The notes beneath the pieces are model-generated. The model was not told the origin of the DNA and ran no database searches. It was given only the letters and a program-made list of their open reading frames with translations. Positions 1 to 12,795 of a DNA stretch of 64,000 bases are shown here, in pieces. The position numbers and the translations under genes are program-made. Source of the stretch: Macrostomum lignano (taxonomy: Eukaryota); contig NIVC01000366.1 of assembly GCA_002269645.1 (NCBI GenBank), positions 248,001-312,000 of the forward strand, read 5' to 3'. The stretch's first letter is position 1; every line of letters begins with the position of its first letter.

Positions 1-86
1 TTTACTGTTTGTATTAATATATAATTTTATACAAGTTTTATAATATGATTTGTTTTATTGCTTAGCCTAATATTGACAAATATGTA

Positions 87-1338
87 TTCGGTTAGGGAGA
101 AAGTTCCCGCGGTTTCTAGAACTTTCTGTCTAAGAACTTTCTGGAACATTCCAGAGCCCGGCTGTGTGGGTATATATTGAGGGTGGGTGTGTGTGATTCT
201 AACATGCTATTTAAACCAAAGAGATTACTCACTAGTCACCAGCATTATGGATCTCTCTCGGGCCTATATTCGTGGTCTCCTGCTCTACGACTTCAAATCT
301 GGACTGTCAGCCGCAGAATCCAGCCGTCGCATCAACGCTGCATTTGGTGCGGGTACCGTGTCTGAACGCACTGCCCAGAACTGGTTTGCGCGGTTTCGCC
401 AGGGAAATTTTAACCTCGAAGATTTGCCCCGGTCAGGTCGTCCCTCCGAGGTTGATGACGACTGGCTGCGCACACTCGTAGAGGCTGACCCTTGGCAAAC
501 CACGCGTGAGTTAGCGCAAGTCCTTGATGTAGACCATAAAACGGTCACCAGTCATTTGCATCAGCTGGGCAAGGTGTACAAGCTGGCACAATGGGTACCC
601 CACCAATTGTCAGATTGGGACAAGGAGCGCAGGGCAGAGGTGGCCACTTCTCTCCTCTCCTACAGGCGCACGCACAACTGGCTAAAGTCCATCGTTACGG
701 GCGATGAAAAGTGGTGCCTGTACGTCAACATCAAACGTCGACGATTATGGGTTGATGCTGACGCGACGCCTGAGCTGCAGCCAAAGGCCGGACTCCACCC
801 ACGCAAGGTCATGCTGTGCGTGTGGTGGGACTGCAAGGGCGTCATCTACTACGAACTGCTACCACCCAACACATCAATTACGGCTGACCTATACTGCCAA
901 CAGCTGGACCGATTGGCCGCCGCCATCGCACAGAAGCGTCCGAACCATGGCCCAGTACGATTCCTCCATGATAACGCTCGTCCACACACTGCTAGGGTGA
1001 CTCGCCAAAAGCTACTGGACCTTGGCTGGGAATTGGTGCCCCATCCACCGTATTCACCAGACTTGGCACCAAGCGACTATCACCTGTTTTTGTCTCTGGC
1101 CAACGCCTTGAACAACAAAACCTTCGCTGATGATGAAGAGCTTGATAACTGGCTGAACAACTTTTTCACTTCAAAGCCAGAGAAATTTTACAGTGACGGT
1201 ATTATGAGTCTGCCCGAAAAATGGCAGAAGGTGATCGATTGTGATGGTGATTATTTTATTTCTTAATTGGCTTTTTGTTTAAAAAACTCAGTTTAACAGA
1301 AAGTTCTAGAAACCGCGGGAACTTTCTCCCCAACCGAA
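87..1338 (+). mobile_element. Full-length, apparently intact mariner DNA transposon (1252 bp)
   Basis: 43-bp TIRs at 87-129 (TTCGGTTAGGGAGAAAGTTCCCGCGGTTTCTAGAACTTTCTGT) and 1296-1338 with one mismatch. TA on both flanks (85-86, 1339-1340). Uninterrupted transposase ORF between them. Confidence 0.95.
247..1266 (+). CDS. Mariner transposase, DD34D, 339 aa
   Basis: First ATG at 247. N-terminal HTH ending RSGRP, linker WVPHQL, catalytic TGDEKW / HDNARPH / YSPDLAPSDYHLF. 34 residues counted between the 2nd and 3rd Asp. Confidence 0.95.
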   Translation: MDLSRAYIRGLLLYDFKSGLSAAESSRRINAAFGAGTVSERTAQNWFARFRQGNFNLEDLPRSGRPSEVDDDWLRTLVEADPWQTTRELAQVLDVDHKTVTSHLHQLGKVYKLAQWVPHQLSDWDKERRAEVATSLLSYRRTHNWLKSIVTGDEKWCLYVNIKRRRLWVDADATPELQPKAGLHPRKVMLCVWWDCKGVIYYELLPPNTSITADLYCQQLDRLAAAIAQKRPNHGPVRFLHDNARPHTARVTRQKLLDLGWELVPHPPYSPDLAPSDYHLFLSLANALNNKTFADDEELDNWLNNFFTSKPEKFYSDGIMSLPEKWQKVIDCDGDYFIS

Positions 1339-1711
1339 TAATAAATTGTCAAATTGCTTGTAAGAGTGCATGATTTGATTTAGCACTCTCAAAAAAATTC
1401 AAATGAGTTTTGGCTTTTATTACATTATAATATATTTAAAATTTTGAAAAATTCTAACTTACTTTTTTTAAAAAGTTAGGCCTAGCTTTGTTATTGTTAA
1501 ACAAGGGTAGGAAGCCAAGGGCAACTTGTAGATCAGCCTTGAGAAGGGCTCTATTACAATAGTTAAGGGACTTATCTAGCAAGGACATAAAGCCTAAGTA
1601 GCCTAGGTTGGGACTAGGACTTAAGGCCCAGTGAGAGTGCCTTATTGGTGCTACTAACCTAGCCTTTGGATTAAGATACCAACAACCCAATAATAGAAAT
1701 GGAAACTTTTA

Positions 1712-2152
1712 AACTTTGTCCAACTTGGAACATTATGAGCATTATTCCAACTTATAATGTAAATGATTATTAAATACAATTGCAAGAGTCTAAATATCAT
1801 TCTGACTCTTATTTTGACTGATTATTTAATGCACTGCAATTATCATTATAGTCAAAATATTATTCCAACTTTTAATCTGATTCTGACCCATAATTTCAAT
1901 TAAATTTATTTTATTTTAAAATTTAAGGCAAAAATTATTATTTTAAAGTTTGCTTCATTCTGTGCATATTTTGACAAAGTAAATGTAAAAAAATTGTGCA
2001 TTTAACAGTCAGAATGATATTTAGACTCTTGCAATTGTATTTAATAATCAGTTGGAATAAGAGTTGGAATATTCCAACAATTATTCCAACTTGTAATTTA
2101 ACTGCATTATGAGTCAGAATAATGGTTAGAATATTCCGAGTTGGACAAAGTT
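1712..2152. repeat. Imperfect foldback (inverted-repeat) element, MITE-like
   Basis: AACTTTGTCCAACTTGGAAC at ~1712 is inverted at ~2133-2152. AAATACAATTGCAAGAGTCTAAATATCATTCTGACT at ~1772-1807 is inverted at ~2006-2041. Confidence 0.55.
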
Positions 2153-4399
2153 GAAATGGAAATGGAAATGTGAAATGGAAATGGAAGTAGAAATTGAAGT
2201 GCAAGTTGGAAGTGGAAGTGGCCTAGCTTTATTGAACCTAGTTAGGCCTAGGAAACAACTTTACCTAAGCGAAATAATAAGAGAAAAAAGTTAGAAGCAT
2301 TGGCTATAGGAAAAAGTGACAAAAAATTTTTATACCCTTTTATGCTTTTTAATCCTAGACTTAGGTCTAGAGCTAACTTTGTAAGATAAGTTAGTGATGG
2401 ATCCAAATATTTGGATTTGGAAAAAATGTTTCACTTTTTTAGAAGTATAAATGTTTTGGATTTGGAAAATTCATTTTCCAAATATTTCTAAATATGCTAA
2501 TGCTTCTGAATATGAAAAAACACAATATTTACATTTTATTATTCATTTTTGCTATAATGTAGATTTATTATAAGAAATTTATATCAAGTAAAGTTACTAA
2601 ACTTAGGGACCTTTGAGGCATTAAACCTAAAATGGCAAAAACTTTTTGGCAATCATTGTTTTAGGCCTAGTATAATCATTATTTGCTTTTTTAAAATGCA
2701 AATACATTCATTGACTATCGTTAAAGTTCTTAAATTACCTAAATATAATGTCAGTTAATATTAGGCCCTAGTAGTTAGAATTAGCTAGATTAGTTGTTTA
2801 AGAATTAAGTTTAATTCAAACTTATTTACTTTTTACGAAGTTTAAATTCTTGCAATTTGACTTGAATTTTATTTGAAAAGTAGACTAGTTAATGAAGACA
2901 AAGTCTTTTTGCCCCAGTGAGCTTTGGGGTTGGAATTTTATAATACCTAGTGTTGTATCGATTATTTAAAGACTTCCAAGGCATTATTAATGCTGATGCT
3001 CCTAATATTTTGTCATGTCATATATAAAGTTAGCCTAATAGATAAAGTAGGGTGAGAGTTGTAAAATGTCTCTAATGTCAAATGATTTATAGGAAGGGAG
3101 TAGGGATGTTGATTCCCCAGGGAATTATCTTATCGGGGACCCTGGTGAAAAGAAAAAAATAACTAAAAAAATGGCAGATAATTTAGATTGTAAGTGGAAT
3201 TTTTTAAACTTTGATTTAAGCTTTGTACTACATGTTCAAGGCACAAGGGTAAAAACTTTAAACAATGTTTTTTAAAACTGTATTTGACAACATGGCATCA
3301 CGAAATTGTGCGCGCACCTTTGTCAAAAAGGTGCATTTGTCGGAATGCATGCTCAATAGCTACGCTCGTGAGAGGATAATTAATAAATGAGACTGATAAT
3401 GATTTAATGATTAAACTAATAAATCTGAATTTTTATTTCTTGCAGATACATGTAAATCACCATTTTGTCCTTGTCTAATAGGGAATATATGTATGACTAT
3501 GACACCTTCCTATGCGTCAGCGCCTGACGCAGGACGCAGCGCTGTGCCCGCATCAAATGCGTCAAGCCGACAATGCAGACCAACACAGTAGTCAGTAAGG
3601 CTTCTTTTTCCTGACAGGTTTCTTTTCTATGTGCAATTTGCTTGATTGAATGACTAATAGTGAAAAAACAATCAAACATGTGTTGTGTTTGAAATATATG
3701 TAATACATTGAAATAAGTAGTTATGCAGTAAAAGAGCATAGACAAAGTTTCAAGCAGCTTTCTGTGAATCGTTTTCTTATTTTTTTAATGGCAAAAATTA
3801 AGTTAAATGCATTTTTAAATATTTTTTCTCCCTAGGGTCCCTAGTCCAATTCCCCAACAAGCTCCCTGGGGAGCACTCCCAGGGTCAATATCCCTAGAAA
3901 GGAAACTATGGGCATAAGTTCTGCAACACAAAGACAAGTAGCTAAGCATTAATAGATACACTGTAGTTGTGCAAAGTACGGATAAAATGTAATGGAATTG
4001 CTCGAATCACCAAGACCCATAAAACTGGAGAAACTGGCAGGATATAGCAGATATATGTAGGTCAGAATCAGAAGTGATGGGTGGGTGGGTCAAGTGATCA
4101 TGGGTTTGACTTCGATTGTATTATTCCTTCTTAATCTTATGCAATTAATTGTACATTTGGTATAAAGTAACAGTAATTAATTATCCTTGACCATGCTAGA
4201 GTAAAGACAAGTCAAAGTCAAGTTAATAAAAATATACTCAGCAAGAGAGCAACAGTCAAATGTTCCACCCCACTAAGCGAGATGATTTTTTCACTTATTG
4301 CGAGTGACGCAACCTACGGCACGCGCAAAGCTTATTGCTGCTTGGGAGTGGCTTAGGTCTACTTAATGGTCCAGGCCTGGACTTAAGCAGACCCAAGCC

Positions 4400-4710
4400 T
4401 AGGAACAATGCCTCGCCACACCAAGCTGATACTATTAGTCAACTGAAGGAACAGCTACAGCTGCGCACTCTGCGCTGGCCTTCCCAGTCCCCAGACATGA
4501 ATCCCATCGAGCATGTCTGGGACTTCCTAAAATGTAACATTTGATTCAAAAAGAGAATCCACCATAGAATGTTGCAGAGAGCTTTGTGTTATGCCATGGA
4601 AAATGCTTTGGAGTGGCTTCCCTAGGACTTTCTACGCTGCCTCATCATTGGGATGCCCCATAGAGTCGTCGCACTTCTGCGTGCGAGGGGATCCGACACA
4701 TCACGAACAC
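4400..4710 (+). pseudogene. Tc1-family transposase C-terminal relic
   Basis: LRWPSQSPDMNPIEHVWDFLK is the DD34E third-motif signature. It is followed after a stop/frameshift by LIIGMPHRVVALLRARGSDT, resembling the Tc1 C-terminus. Confidence 0.75.
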
Positions 4711-5440
4711 AATTCTAACTAAATATTGCATAAAAAAATTATGATTTTACTACGACTATTGATAGTCAATCAACTTTCCCTTCCTCGTGACAGCTTAGTT
4801 GCGTAACTTGAGGGTTGAATTGTGAATGTGAAGTTTTCGCAATTTGGAGGGTGGAACTTTTGACTGTTGCTGAGTATAGTATAGACACACACACACACAG
4901 TGTAACAATAACAATGGTTTAGAGCCATTTTTCTCATTAGTGTTTGTCTTTGTACATACCAAGGATGACTTCAGTAGAAGGACAGGAAACCTCATTTCTT
5001 AGAAAATTTTTGAAGGCACTTTTTCCCAAAAAAATACACTGGAGATAAGAAATTTTCATTTTTCAGCACAAAAAGTGCTATTACTTTTGATAGGAGGCAG
5101 ATCCAGTGTTCATATTTTGATATGTTGTGCCTTTTTATTGCTCTATTGATATTTATAAAGCTTTTTGTTCAGAAAATTAGATTTCTATGTTAATTTTTTA
5201 TTTTACATATATTTCCTGTACCTAAAAATCACAAAAATGCAGGACACAACTCCAATATTTGGTTTTATAAATCTATTTTATCATCTGTTACAAATATTTG
5301 CTACACAGTCAGTTAAGAATGACAAAATAGACTCATAAAACCAAAGAGCTGAGCTGTGGCATTCTAATGTATTTCAAGCACAAGACATGTGAAAATATAT
5401 ATAGAATAAAAAATTAACATGGAATCCTAATTTTTGAACG

Positions 5441-6033
5441 AAAAGCTTTATTAATGTTTAGGAATTGAAAACTTCCACACTTGTATATCTTTGAATTGCA
5501 CATCAATTGGTGCATAGTATGTATGCTTAACTATAAGCAATATAGAAAAAAATGCAAAAAAATAAAAAACTGTAAAAGTACATTCTCAATTTTTGTATTT
5601 TTTACAACCAAAGTGCTAACTTTTTGTTACAATTGAAAAAAAACAACCCAATAATGTTATGCATCTTAGTAAGGCGTACCTATAACCCTTGAACATTTTT
5701 AGCTCGAGTTTTAATGTGCATAAGGAAATGATATATAAAATATTAAAAGCTTTATTAATGTTTAGGAATTGAAAACTTCCACACTTGTGTATCTTTGAAT
5801 TGCACATCAATTGGTGCATAGAATGTATGCTTAACTATAAGCAATATAGAAAAAAATGCAAAAAAATAAAAAACTGTAAAAGTACATTTCCAATTTTTGT
5901 ATTTTTTGCAACCAAAGTGCTAACTTTTTGTTACAATTGAAAAAAACAACCCAATAATGTTATGCATCTTAGTAAGGCGCACCTATAACCCTTGAACATT
6001 TTTAGCTCAAGTTTTAATGTGCATAAGGAAATG
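5441..6033. repeat. Local direct duplication of about 290 bp (5441-5730 and 5745-6033)
   Basis: Both copies start AAAAGCTTTATTAATGTTTAGGAATTG and end GCATAAGGAAATG, with a few substitutions. Confidence 0.85.
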
Positions 6034-6273
6034 CACTTTTGTAAAGATATAATCTTAGGACAAACATTTCAACTGAAGCCTGTTCCTTTTTTTCTGCAGT
6101 GAAGCCATACAAAACTATACTCATTAAATAGATCAGATTTTCCTCTTTAAAATGACATCTCACTTGTGAAATTCGCTCTTGTAGTTTTTAAGTTATAACA
6201 ATTTTTGTAAGATTTTTTTGTCAATTTTTCGATGCATGTCTCATATTATTATATTTGTCACAGGCCAGACTAC

Positions 6274-6400
6274 CCAATGCGCTTTGCGCATTGGCTAGCT
6301 GTTTGTTCCTCATGCTCAGCACTTTGTGCTTCGCACGTTTGCTCTGCTCATCCCACAATCCCAAGGACACGCGCTTTGCACGTGTCCTTGGGTTTGTGGG
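6274..6400. other. Cluster of three hairpins, each with a TTT loop
   Basis: CCAATGCGC-TTT-GCGCATTGG (6274-6294); AGCAC-TTT-GTGCT (6318-6330); 20-bp stem with one mismatch at 6352-6371/6381-6400 closing on GC-TTT-GC. Confidence 0.7.
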
Positions 6401-7779
6401 TTTTGTAGAGCTCACTGGGGAACTAGTTGCTTATTTAGATCACTAATTAGATAATAAGGCATTTTCATTACTTAAAAGTGTCACAGTTACTCTCACCATT
6501 TACCATTTACTTTTTGTTTCCATTTAGAAACACATTTGGATTCGGATATTTGGATTTGGCTTAGGAAACTTGCAAAAATCCATATTTAGTCCATCACTGA
6601 GATAGGGCTTCTGTTGTTATAAAGGTTTTTGGTATCTTAATTGTATTAGATTTATTTTCATAAATGAATAAGAAATAGGCCTAGCTAGGTCTAATTGTTA
6701 AATTTATATTGTCTTATCTTATAATTGCATATGCCTAACAAAAACAACTTCATAGAATTAATGCCAAATAGGCCTAGCCATGGGAATTAAAAGAATTGTT
6801 AGTGACAAAAAGAAAATAACCATTAAAACTTAGTCTCACCACTCACCAGTAGCAGGTGACAGGTCTTGTACTCTTTCTTGTCTAGTACTAAACTAGCCTA
6901 ACCTAGTATAGGCATAGGCCTACTGTCTGTATGTAGGCCTATTGAGATTGAGGACAACACATATTTTAGAATAGTATAATAGGCCTAGCCTCAGCATGCC
7001 ATGATGTATGCTTACTAAACATTATATAAAAATTATGAATAGGCCCTAGCCTAGTCGATGAAAAAGCTAGGCCTAAAGCTTAGCCTATAGATATTATAAA
7101 AATAGGGCCTACGCCTAATATAGCAAATTAAATACATAGGCCTATCAAAATGTCTGTCTTAAGAGCGATGCCGATGCATAAAAGCCAAGGTCATTAGTCT
7201 AGTGCTCAATTTCTTGAGTTATATTAATACTATCAGAGGCCAGGGACATAAATTTAAAAGACAACTATGCCCTTCACTCGCACTAAGCTTAAGAAGAAAA
7301 GTTAGCCTAATTCTAGGAAAGCTTTCATTTTGTTAACAAAATATTTACTTGCATAATTTCGCAAAATATTTAGCCTAGTGTTTTTGTAAGACACTTTTTT
7401 CACCTTTAAAATAGCTTTATTGTTATAAAAATAGTTTCTATGATTAAACAACGTTTCATCAAGTAGGGGGGCCTAGAAATTTAGGCCTGAACATTACACT
7501 TTTTTGAATTTCAACCCACTTGTACAACATAATTACATACATAAAGTGTATTTGCTATTATAATAACATACATGCGCAACTGCTGGCCGACCTGGCCGAT
7601 CCGGCCACCGTAAATCGTGGCTGACCAGAGGTAAGTCGCAAAATTGAGTCAACCAAAAACAGAAAAACACAAGAACCAAGACAGGCAAGAGGAAAGCGAA
7701 AGAAAGAGCAGTTCAGGGAAAATGGTGAAGCAAAAGAAAAACAATTCGCAAAAGAAGCAAGCTAAGTTGTAAAAATAAT

Positions 7780-8690
7780 CAGGTAAGTCGCAAAAAGGAT
7801 TAGGTAAGTCGCAAAAGAAGCAAACTAAGTTGCAAAAAGGATCAGGTAAGTTGCAAAAGGGTTAGGTAAGTTGCAAAAGGATTAGGTAAGTCGCAAAAAG
7901 GATTAGGTAAGTCGCGAAAAGGATCAGGTAAGTCGCAAAAAGGATCAGGTAAGTCGCAAAAAGGATTAGGTAAGTCACAAAAAGGATTAGGTAAGTTGCA
8001 AGAAGGATTAGGTAAGTCGCAAAAAGGGTTAGGTAAGTCGCAAAAGGATCAGCTAAGTCGCAAAAAGATAGGTAAGTCGCAAAAGGGTTAGGTAAGTTGC
8101 AAAAGGATTAGGTAAGTCGCAAAAGGGTTAGGTAAATCGCAAAAAGGATTAGGTAAGTCGCAAAAAGGATTAGGTAAGTCGCAAAAGAAGCAAACTAAGT
8201 CGCAAAAAGGATTAGGTAAGTCACAAAAAGGATTAGGTAAGTTGCAAGAAGGATTAGGTAAGTCGCAAAAAGGGTTAGGTAAGTCGCAAAAGGATCAGCT
8301 AAGTCGCAAAAAGATAGGTAAGTCGCAAAAGGGTTAGGTAAGTTGCAAAAGGATTAGGTAAGTCGCAAAAGGGTTAGGTAAATCGCAAAAAGGATTAGGT
8401 AAGTCGCAAAAAGGATTAGGTAAGTCGCAAAAGAAGCAAACTAAGTCGCAAAAAGGATCAGGTAAGTCGCAACAGGAATCAGGTAAGTTGCAAAAGAAGC
8501 AAACTAAGTCGCAAAAAGGATCAGGTAAGTTGCAAAAGGGTTAGGTAAGTTGCAAAAAGGATTAGGTAAGTCGCAAAAAGGATTAGGTAAGTCGCAAAAA
8601 GGATTAGGTAAGTCGCAAAAAGGATCAGGTAAGTCGCAAAAAGGATTAGGTAAGTCGCAAAAAGAAGCAACTAAGTCGCAATAAGAGGGA
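7780..8690. repeat. About 21-bp minisatellite AAAAAGGATTAGGTAAGTCGC inside the hAT element
   Basis: Tandem expansion of the subterminal TAAGTCGCA motif. A higher-order block of about 245 bp is repeated twice (~7959-8203, ~8204-8448). Confidence 0.9.
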
Positions 8691-8837
8691 AGTAAGTCAC
8701 AATCAGAGGCAATCAGGGGGTAGTAGGTGCAAGTGTGGCAGGAGAGCAAAAACAGAATAGAAGCCTTCAACCACAGACAAGATCTTTGAAATCAGAAGCC
8801 CGCGTCAACAGTTTCCCACATTTCTTAAACTCTGGAG

Positions 8838-8920
8838 CAGGGGTTGGCAAACTCCGGCTCGCGAAGCCCCTCTATCTGGCCCTCGCCCCTCGGGTTCTTT
8901 GAAACTTCCTAACTAGCAAG
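8838..8920 (+). mobile_element. Orphan Charlie-like hAT 5' end
   Basis: CAGGGGTTGGCAAACTCCGGCTCGCG resembles Charlie-group termini. No matching opposite end was found. A related fragment lies at ~13228-13270. Confidence 0.35.
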
Positions 8921-8929
8921 GTTGGTGTC

Positions 8930-9560
8930 TCTTCAACTCTCATCTCTCTCTTCTTCTCTACCTTGCCTCCCCTCTTCTCTCTCTCTCCCCTTTTCCCTCT
9001 TCTCTCTCCTCTCATTTTTACTCTCCTCTCTTCTCCCCCTTTCTCTCTACCCTTTCTCCTCAATGCCCTCTTCTCTCCTCTTATCTTCAGCAAAAATATG
9101 TGCATATTTTCTTACTTCAAAGTAGAGGGAATAGAAGATTAGAGATAAGCAAACAGAGGAGAGGCGAGCGTTGCGATGGGAGAAAAGATAGAAGAGGAGA
9201 GAAAAGCTGAGGGAGGAAAAAGAGATGAGAGAGAAGAGGAGATTAGAGGAAAGAGGAAAGAAAAGATGATAGATGAGATCAGAAGAGAGAAAGGAGGAAA
9301 GAGGAGAGAGTAGATGAGAGAAGAGAGGATAAAGAGGAGATGAGAGGAGAGTGAAGAGAGGAGAGTGGAGAGAGACGAGAGGGAAGATAAGATGAGAGAG
9401 TAGAGTGAAATGGAGAGAGACGAGAGGAGAGATAAGAATGTAGAGAGGAGACAGAAGAGATAGGAGAGGAGAGGAAAGAGAGGAGAGAAGAGAGGAAAGA
9501 GAGAAGGGATAAGGGATGAGAGAGAAAAGAAAAAGAGGATGAGAAGATTGAGGAATGGAG
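8930..9560. repeat. Low-complexity CT-rich then GA-rich tracts
   Basis: Polypyrimidine tract at ~8930-9090 followed by a polypurine tract at ~9125-9560. Confidence 0.8.
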
Positions 9561-11699
9561 AGAATTTGCAAAGGCCTCAAATCTTAGTTTAACATGCATT
9601 ACTCCCATCTTTGCCTTTTTCCTAACTGTTAACAAGTTTTTGTTTGAGCATGACTTCAAATTTAGAATCTATGCAAAAATAGTTCCAGGAATTAGAATTC
9701 AGTGGTTTAAAAATCTGTGGGTTTTCACAGCTTGTATCTCTACTGGATTCGTATTCTGCATCTGATGAGCCATCTGAATCAGGGCTCTCATCTTCCATGC
9801 CAAATCGTCTAGCAAATCGTTCTTGAGCTATAGGTCACACTGTATTCACTTCACTTACTTCTGGACATTCATGAATCATGACTTTTGTAGTATGCTCACT
9901 ACACTGTACTGACAATTTACTAATTGCTTCATGCCGCCACTAGATGACATACTGATTAGCTGTTATAAAAATGCGGAATCTGCACGCAGCACTAATTAGC
10001 TGGCGAGGCATTTAGCTTTAAAAATATGGTCATAGTTACTCCTGCCGTTTACCAAAAGTTTTTGCTTGGCTCTTTCATAGGTAAGTCGCATTTTTTATCG
10101 AAAACTAAGTCGCACGGCCAGCGTAATTTCAGAAGTTGCGCATGTATGTATAATAATATAACTCTGTAATCTATTTTTTCTCGTTTTGATTTTAATTTTA
10201 GTTGTAAAGCAAGTTTCCTCTATTTAGGTATACATCTTGTATTATTGATATCGATTTTATATATCATATCATGAGCTGGGACATGCAATCCTATATACAT
10301 TTTATAATATAAAACATACATTTTATTTTTTAGACCTATAAAATACCTATTTTGTAGACCTAGCCCTCAGAACTCTAAATAAAAAGTTCTAGGCCTAGTC
10401 TCAATGAGGAGCTTTTGCCCCACAATGATTTTTGCTTAGCCTTAGGCCTTAGTTTTACTTTGCTATAGGCCTACTTATAGCCTATGTTCTAGGCCTATTA
10501 ATTTAAGTTGTAAAATAAAAGAATAAGAAAGAAATAAAAGAAAATAAAAAATGTTCAAGTTCAAGTATCTAAATAAATCATATATAGGACTACACTATAT
10601 ATATAATTTAGTAGATTCTTAAGTATCAGGCCTAGGGTCTATTCCAACTTCAATTATTTTTTTTTGTTACTAGACTAGGCCTATTCCTATTGTTCACGAT
10701 ATTAGCAATACTTCATTTAAAAATGCATTGTTTAACAATGTTTTTGAAATTTTTATTATAAGGCCTAGACTAGTCTATAGACATGGTAAAAATGAGGTTT
10801 TATTCATGAAATAGGCTTCATTTTTTTAGAATCATTTTCCTAGAAAGTAGGCCTATTGCATTTAAAATTAGGCTACTTTGTTTTAATGTATTTAATATTA
10901 GTAATACTATAAATATTATAAATATTATAATATTTTATTTGTTTAAAACCATGCTCAAAAGAGGTATAAATATATAAGCTACTAGCAAAAGAAGAGGCAA
11001 CTTGATACTGGTTTACAATTTGTTCCAGTAGGCCTATCTTATATTGAAGCTTGAAAACAATATTGACTTAGTTATTTAGAAGTATGATGTATCAAAAGCC
11101 CTAGGCCTAAGATTGGGAAAATTCAATCCATTCTTAGAGAACAAGACATCTAAATCTAGAATCTAAGAAATATAAGAAATCATCTTTAGAAGGCAGAAAT
11201 CCTACCAAAGGATAGAGTAATCTAAACTCAAAGTCTAAAAAACCTATCTTAGGGTAGAATACCCAGCAGGTAAACTGTGACCCTCTGATCCTGGGAATGC
11301 CTAAGACTAAGAGAATAAACTTTTAGAGTATAAGGATAAGATAGACAATGCCATAAGACCACTTAGGCCAAAAGTACAGTACATGTATATATGCTACCAG
11401 TAGATAAATATATACACTACCTGTCTACCAGAAATACAAATATCTATAAAAGTACAAAAATTATAGGAACTATTAGGCCTAGTACAACTTTGGAGACTTA
11501 ACAGAGATTTTTATTAAAGAGAAGTTAGCCTTATGACAACTTGGTACCAGTTTGCAAGATTATATCTGGGACAGAAGTAACCTCTATGTCAGTCAAAAAA
11601 TAGAGACCATAGTAACACATATAATATAAGTAATCAGATAGTAATAACCAGTTCAAATTGTTATTATAACACTGCATGTTCTTTTCTATGCCTCCTGAT

Positions 11700-11960
11700 T
11701 TAGAACATACAATTTTTTGATTTTCCATTGAAATTTAAGACCTTTGCTATTTTATTAGAGCCTACTATCATTAATGGTAATCTGCATAGTCTTAGAAATG
11801 TCTGAATTAGCAATCATGGCTCTATTGCTAGCTTTTGTTCCAATCAAGGGTGCTATAGTCTCATTGTTAATGTTAGCCTTGTCAATAGCTTTGGTAGCTC
11901 CACTGTTTAAAGTGTTGACATTTGTATTTGGATTAAATATAGTTGCTAATGGTGATTCTA
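11700..11960 (-). pseudogene. Possible highly decayed LINE reverse-transcriptase fragment
   Basis: The minus-strand reading TKAIDKANI...QITINDS...KGL loosely resembles KAFDKV...vNg.S...GvPQG, with stops. Weak. Confidence 0.25.
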
Positions 11961-12446
11961 GCTCTATATTTATGCCAGTCAAAACTTTTTTAATAGACTT
12001 TACCTTCTAGATAAGTAATATCTAATAGTCAACTTGGCATTCTGCCTAGTAATAGTCATAATGTTGCCACACTCTGGATCATATAATGGGCCTATACACG
12101 CAAAAATTTAGGCTAGGCTTGCATTAGACTTGTTAATAAGGCATTAAAACAAATGTTTGTATGTATCAATTTATCACTGTAAATAGTTGGCCTATAGACA
12201 AAAAATAAATAATTCACCAAATTATCCTTTGGGTCCTTTATACAATGCAAAAAAGGTCATTTATTGTTGCAATATAGCATTTATTCCATTTTTTGGCATG
12301 CATTTGTAACTATTCAATTTTTGTTTGACCATGTACCTAGTATGATCTAGACTATAGTAATATTGTTTAGGCTGAATCCACAATCCACATTTGTGCAAAT
12401 CTAAAATGTGAGTTACTAAATACAATGATTAGTATACATTTTAGAC

Positions 12447-12795
12447 CATACATGCCCAATACCCATCCAACCTGTCCAAACTGGACAGGTGAAATGGCCA
12501 CTAGCCAAAGTAAGTTGCAAAATTGGAAACACAAAAAAATAAATAATTGGGGAAAGAAAGAAAGGAGAGGAAGAGAAAAGGAAAAGAAAGAGGTGAGAAG
12601 AGAGAAAGAGAGGGGAAGAGGAGAGAGAAAGAGAAAAAGGTAAGAAAAGTCATATGCAAAGTAAAAATTAAGTCACAATTGGAGCAACTAAGTTGCAATT
12701 GAGAGGAACTAAGTCGCAATTGGGAGGAACTAAGTTGCAAATCTGGACAAAACTAAGTTGCACTGGATGGGTGAAATTTTGAGGTTGGGCATGTA
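12447..12795. mobile_element. About 350-bp hAT MITE of the same CATACATG family as 7567-10148
   Basis: Left end CATACATGCCCAA; right end TTGGGCATGTA. 8-bp direct repeat TTTTAGAC on both flanks (12439-12446; 12796-12803). Internal CTAAGT(T/C)GCA repeats. Confidence 0.8.

Larger units (their letters stand above)
2392..6599. mobile_element. Old composite hAT-like element (non-autonomous, about 4.2 kb)
   Basis: Left end TAGTGATGGATCCAAATATTTGGATTT; right end reads CAGTGATGGACTAAATATGGATTT on the minus strand. TTTGGATTT subterminal motifs at both ends. Flanking 8-mers AGATAAGT / AGATAGGG match 6/8, consistent with a decayed 8-bp TSD. Confidence 0.5.
7567..10148. mobile_element. Non-autonomous hAT-type element (2582 bp)
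   Basis: Perfect 15-bp TIR CATACATGCGCAACT (7567-7581; 10134-10148) and perfect 8-bp TSD TATAATAA (7559-7566; 10149-10156). TAAGTCGCA subterminal motifs near both ends. Confidence 0.85.

Noticed and set aside
187-246. N-terminal extension of the mariner ORF, or a SETMAR-type fusion
   Set aside because: The ORF-track start is a non-ATG codon inside the element's 5' UTR. There is no SET domain, and intact TIRs/TSD indicate a free transposon.
3090-3900. PiggyBac-like relic (loose inverted repeats at ~3110-3170 and ~3815-3890; Cys-containing peptide RCARIKC..FLCAIC)
   Set aside because: The inverted match is patchy, there is no TTAA-flanked CCC terminus, and the peptide is interrupted by stops. 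Too weak to call.
8872-9659. Hydrophobic Leu/Ser-rich ORFs resembling membrane proteins
   Set aside because: They derive from CT/GA low-complexity tracts inside a non-autonomous transposon.
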